Assembly: GCF_009914755.1 (NCBI RefSeq)
Contig: NC_060925.1
From: the human T2T-CHM13v2.0 reference genome, Homo sapiens
Length of the DNA stretch: 64,000 bases
Strand: one strand, 5' to 3'
Both the position numbers and the translations under genes were made by a program. Shown here piece by piece: positions 59,152 to 64,000 of the stretch. The first letter of the stretch is position 1. Every line of letters begins with the position of its first letter. A model generated the notes under the pieces. The model was given only the letters and a program-made list of their open reading frames with translations, was not told the origin of the DNA and did not search any database.

Positions 59152-60653
59152 CTGTTTGTGAGAAAACATGCAGAAAGATTATCAAGCTTTTCATTTCTCT
59201 TTATTGTAGTTTTCTTTCCTTTTTGCAGCACCACTGTGCAACTATGCATTGTACTTCACAACCTTTTGTGCTAGGTAGATGCCTGTGACTTTTTAACTTG
59301 GGGGGTGGGGGGATTGCAAATGAAGGAACTTTTTACATGGATCTTTTTAATCTCAGTTGGTTGGGGGAGGGGGGTACTTGGTTCTTGGGTCACACAAGCT
59401 CTATCCCAAAGCAAAATCCAAATGTTAATAATATTAGCCTGATGCAGATACCAAAGATAATTTCTTTCCTGCAGAACCTTAGACTCGTGTATTAAGTACG
59501 ATTACCCAGCACTTGCATTAGTCTAACCTCAGTAATTCCAAAGCTTAGATGTATATTTTGGTATATTTCTGGGATATTAAAAAAAATGTCGTTTAACTTC
59601 TTGTTTGTTTCAGTGTAATGCTCTTAAAGTCATAGCATGAAAATAATTGAACTGTCCTATTCTTAGTAGTTTGAAATAATAGTATTTTTGTATGTTTTGG
59701 GTGTGTCTATGTATGTATTAACATAACAGTTTTCACTGCCTAGGTGTTCATAATAAAAAAGAAAATGAAAAAAGTTCTGAGTGTACATAATATTCAATAA
59801 TAATCTCCCACCAGGTGTCAATTTAGATTGCATATTCCTCATTACTGTTCCCAACTGGGATTTTGTTTTCTTTTAAAGAGACAGTGATCGTGTTTTTCTA
59901 AAGATGTTTTCTTTCTCTCTTTCAATATCTTAACTCACTTTTTTTTTCTTCCTTTTTTGTCTTAATTATTAATTCAGGGGTGTTTGTCCACTGTTGTCAA
60001 AGGAGGGGCACAAGGGGAATTGGCCCCCGGCCTCCTAGAACTTTTTGTTTTATGTACTTTAAAATGTGAGTTTGAGTTCTTCTTTGTGGAAACTTAAGAT
60101 GTGGTGTAAATGATTCTTTCCAAAATTGTCCAGCAGCTTGAATGAGGCAGTGACAATTCTGAGGTGGTTTATTGGGAGTCCTTCTACATTTCTCTTAGAT
60201 AACTCTGCACTCTGGGTGGCTATTGTGTAGCCTTACTGCCCCAGAGTGCCTGTTAGCCAAATATTTCCCCTCTGATAGGAATATTTTCTAAGAATCAGCT
60301 GATAACTTGCGTGCTGGACCTTGTTATCTGTGCCCCTGGGAGACACACGTTTTCTTGGTTTTGAAAACCTGAAACACAGGCAACTTTACATTTTGGGGAA
60401 TTAGCTGATGCCTCCTGAAGCCTGAGGAGGTGGCGGGGAATATGAGCGGTGCTGTCTCTCTCAAAAGTGCCCTTTAGATGATTCCCCCTCCTAGGGCTGC
60501 CTGCAGGGGCTGTAGGCTTGGGAAAGATTGTGTAGGTGACAGTGAATCAGAATGAAGTGGTAGATTTTGTGTAGATGCATTTGTCTGCTGTAATTTTTTA
60601 TATATATATTAAACTTACTGTAACTGTACAGTTCATTTCTGTTGTAAAACATC

Positions 60654-60659
60654 ATTAAA
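60654..60659 (+). terminator. Distal polyadenylation signal (ATTAAA)
   Basis: Several TGTA motifs upstream (60589-60646), GTGTTTT...TTGTTGG downstream. Confidence 0.7.
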
Positions 60660-62717
60660 CCATCTTCCAAGTGTTTTCACATTGTTGGAGTTTCTTTGAA
60701 ATTGCTGTGTTGGTATTCTGGATGCTTCACATACAGATTCTCAGACTCTTCGCATAATTCAGCTTCCAAATTGTTTTTTCCAAGTGCTCTCAGGAACCCC
60801 AGAATCACCATAAGCACCCTGGTTCCTGCCCCACTCCACCCTTCCTCCTGCACTCCAGGAGGAGCTATGGCCACTGCATTTCTCCCTCCCAGACCCTCAG
60901 TGTGGTTTCGTGGGACCCTGAGTAGCAGTAGTCTCCCTCAGGCCCAAGTACTTTGTGTGATCAAACACGCAGGCCCATGATTGATCCTGCAAGGGAGCTC
61001 TTCAAAGCTCCATCTCACTGTGTATTTGACTGCAGAACTGGGACCGAACTCAACTTTTTCCAAATGTATTGTTTAAACTGCACTGCCCCTCTAGCATTTC
61101 TTGCCAAGTCCTGAACATTCACTGGGTGGGGGCCGGGTGGGGGGTCCTCCGAAGGAAGGTAACCCTGAACTTGGCATCTGGCCCTCCTCCTGTTCGAGGC
61201 TGCACAACTTAGCTTCTTCAGACTTATAAATACCACTTAGCATTTAGTGTCTTACTACAATTCATTCATTTCATGAAAAGGAAAGTTTGAATTTTAAAAT
61301 GAATTCCCCACAGAGAGAAGGCTTCAGCTTACTGAAGAACCTGGGGAAGTTGTCTATCACGTGCTGGCCATCTGGCAGGCATTCTTGAATTAGATGATGT
61401 GGAGAGCCGTTGTCGCAAGATGTGCTCGCTCTCCTGGAAAGGGACCAAAATGGGAAGGCAAATGGTGGGTCCCTTTCTCCCTGCTCCTTTATCATAGAAT
61501 TTATATTTTTCCATTCCATTCCTTAGATATATGGCTTATGTCTCAGTTTGTAGTTATTTTCTTAAAATAATGTCAAGTTTTTAACAGAAATCCTGTTTTT
61601 GAGATAGTGTCGTGCTCACAGACTTAGCAAGCAAAACTCGTTTGTCATATCCTAAGGAATGAGGATAAACAACTGATGAGATTCTGTTACCCTGTAGTCC
61701 TTTGTGAAAAAGTTGTTAAATTCTAACCCATTTCCAGGTTTGTATACAAAGCTGAATTACCTATGGCAGGATGTGAATAATATATGCCCTTACTCTTTTG
61801 TTTTTGGAGGGACTTACATCTCTCCAAAGACCCAGGTTGAAGTTAACAGGAAATCCGGTGTTAGGACTCAGTCATGGGTTCACAAAAGTAGTTGTTGATC
61901 AACAACTGAAATGTCCAGCACCAAGCAACCAAAACACATCACAAGTTATTCATGGACAGTTTGAGGCCTGTGGCTAAACAGTTGGCCAAATGACAAGGCT
62001 TTAAATCACCCCGGAAGTTGTCCTCTTAGCCTAAGTAGGTCATCTGCCATTTTTTCTCTGCCAAGCCAGGCTTTGCAGTTTTGAGTATTTCTCTGCTTAT
62101 AGGAACATTTTAAACTAGAAACCTTGGATCTTATTCCAAGAATGACCTCAAATTATACTCTAAGAAGAAAAGCGATCAGAAATATTCATATCTTATCTCT
62201 GAGTTTAGTGACATTTGAATAAACGTTTGAAAAATATTGAAAGCTTCCATCTTTATATATATAATGTGTTTCCTCAATACAAGTAAAATTCCATGTTTCC
62301 TTGATTCTAAGCATATCTTCACATTTTAACCCATGAAACAGATCTACATCTTACAATGGATATTTAGTGTTTTTGCCCTTGAAATAAGTTGATACATCAG
62401 TAACCAACAGTGTCTTAGGATGGAGGGAGTGCAGTTGTGCTGTGGAGAAGGCATTGCCAGACCTCAGGAAAGACAGGAACCCTGGCAGTTCCAGGGCTAG
62501 CCGCTCTCCCCTCGGATTCAGGGCTTTGCTCTCTCAGAAACTGGTTTCTCAGCCCTGCTTCTGTGAGCATATCTCAGTTCTCCCCCAGCTTGCTGTCTGT
62601 GTGGTTACCTTGCACGTAGCCTGATGTGGCCCACACCTCAGTTTAGCTCTAGCACCATAGCTCACTGCCCACTGCCAGCTTTTCTTTTTGCCTCTTTAGA
62701 CATGTTATAAAAAAATT

Positions 62718-63004
62718 ATATATATATATATATATATATATTTTGAGATAGGGTCTCCTTCTGTTACCCAGGCTGGATTTCGGCTCACTGCAGCCTTGAC
62801 CTCCTGTGCTCAAGCGATCCTCTAGCTTCAGCATCCCAAGTAGCGAGGAACACAGGCACATGCCGCCATGCCCAGCTGTATTTTTTTGTAGAGACGGGGT
62901 CCTCCTGTGTTGCCCAGGCTGGTCTCAAACTCCTGGGCTCAAAGGATTCTCCTGCCTCAGCCTCACAAAATGCTGGGATTACAGGCATGAGCCACCATGC
63001 CCAG
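62718..63004 (-). mobile_element. AluJ-like with (TA)n tail
   Basis: Antisense dimer downstream of the POU2F1 poly(A) site. Confidence 0.88.
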
Positions 63005-64000
63005 AATGACATATTCTTGACAGAATTGGATCAACTCACTTTTCAAACCAGCCATCCAGGTCACACAGCCTGTATATATGTCAGCTGACCTTGAAACTTG
63101 GTCTAGCACAAGCCCTCGATGTGAGAGGCACTCTCTTTCACTAATAGATGAACCAGATTTCAGTTTTAAAAGCCCAGTGAGTAGCAGAATTCCCCTGAGG
63201 CTGAGTTACAAATCAAATGCCTTCTCCTTATGAGTTGCCTGTGAATTGTTAAATATGCCTAGTGATGATGTGCGTGGCTCCTGTTGGAATCCCAAATTTT
63301 CAGGGGCTTTAACAGTCATGGTCTTGGATTTCCTTTTTGAAAATGTCAAGGTATAGATTTCAGTCTTTACACAATATTAGTTGGTGGGCTTGTTGAATTG
63401 GGGCCTTATATATAGCCACTGCAGTTAGAGGAAATACTGCTAGGGACAGGGCCACCTTTTGTGAGAGAAACGCCTAAAAGACTTGTTCTCCATCCCTCCC
63501 TCAAACCCTATGCACTGAGACATTTTGCACTGTGGCGTCAGCTGCTGTGCATAACTTCCGGACACCTTCTGCTCACACGCTGTCTATTCTGATGCCTGGG
63601 TGCCAGGCCAGCCTTTCGCGCTTGTTTTCCTGCACCTGACAAGCTGGTGCCGTGCTGCAGGGCTCCTTTCCCATAGCCCTCTCTGTTTCTGGCATAAGAC
63701 TGGGCCCATCCTGACACATTGTATTGCACCAAGCCCCACTCTCTCTGTCTAAGGCACAGCCACCCAGCCGGGATGCCCGGCCCACTTGCCGTGTGTGACA
63801 CCACCCATATTGCCGCATTCCGGGCCGCAGGATGCACCTGTGCTCCTGTGCTCGTTCCCAGGAACTGTCCTGGTCTCTCCTGAGAATCAGCAGTTTTGCT
63901 CCCCTCCTCCCCCAAGGGCAACCTGCTGATTTACTGATGACTAAATTGCCATTACAAGCTTGACTGCTGAAATAAAGCTTAGAGTAAAGCTGCATTTTCA

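Noticed and set aside
63538-63995. Two overlapping minus-strand ORFs in GC-richer sequence
   Set aside because: No CD247 zeta coding motifs (GLSTATKDTYDALHMQ absent); treated as non-coding sequence near the CD247 3' end

Overview
Human genomic DNA containing the 3' part of POU2F1 (OCT1) on the + strand. Thirteen coding exons (probably exons 4-16) join through canonical GT-AG sites into one 690-codon frame. It covers the Gln-rich region, POU-specific domain, POU homeodomain and Ser/Thr/Ala-rich C-terminus, with stop TGA at 49151-49153. An ~11.5 kb 3' UTR follows, ending near an ATTAAA at 60654. The introns carry about 25 Alu/FLAM/FRAM elements, old L1/L2/MIR fragments and MER DNA-transposon relics. 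Main findings: (1) a minus-strand terminal exon (59151 down to ~58365) inside the POU2F1 3' UTR matches the CD3-eta exon of the convergent CD247 gene; (2) the UTR has a dense set of miR-9 seed sites, two of them inside that antisense overlap; (3) two local inverted duplications (325 bp at 97.5% identity, ~440 bp at ~95%) are not explained by transposition, and the first brackets the in-frame exon encoding the first half of the POU-specific domain; (4) several alternative C-termini are encoded. Exon numbering, repeat subfamilies and the mouse comparisons come from recall, not from searches; repeat boundaries are approximate.
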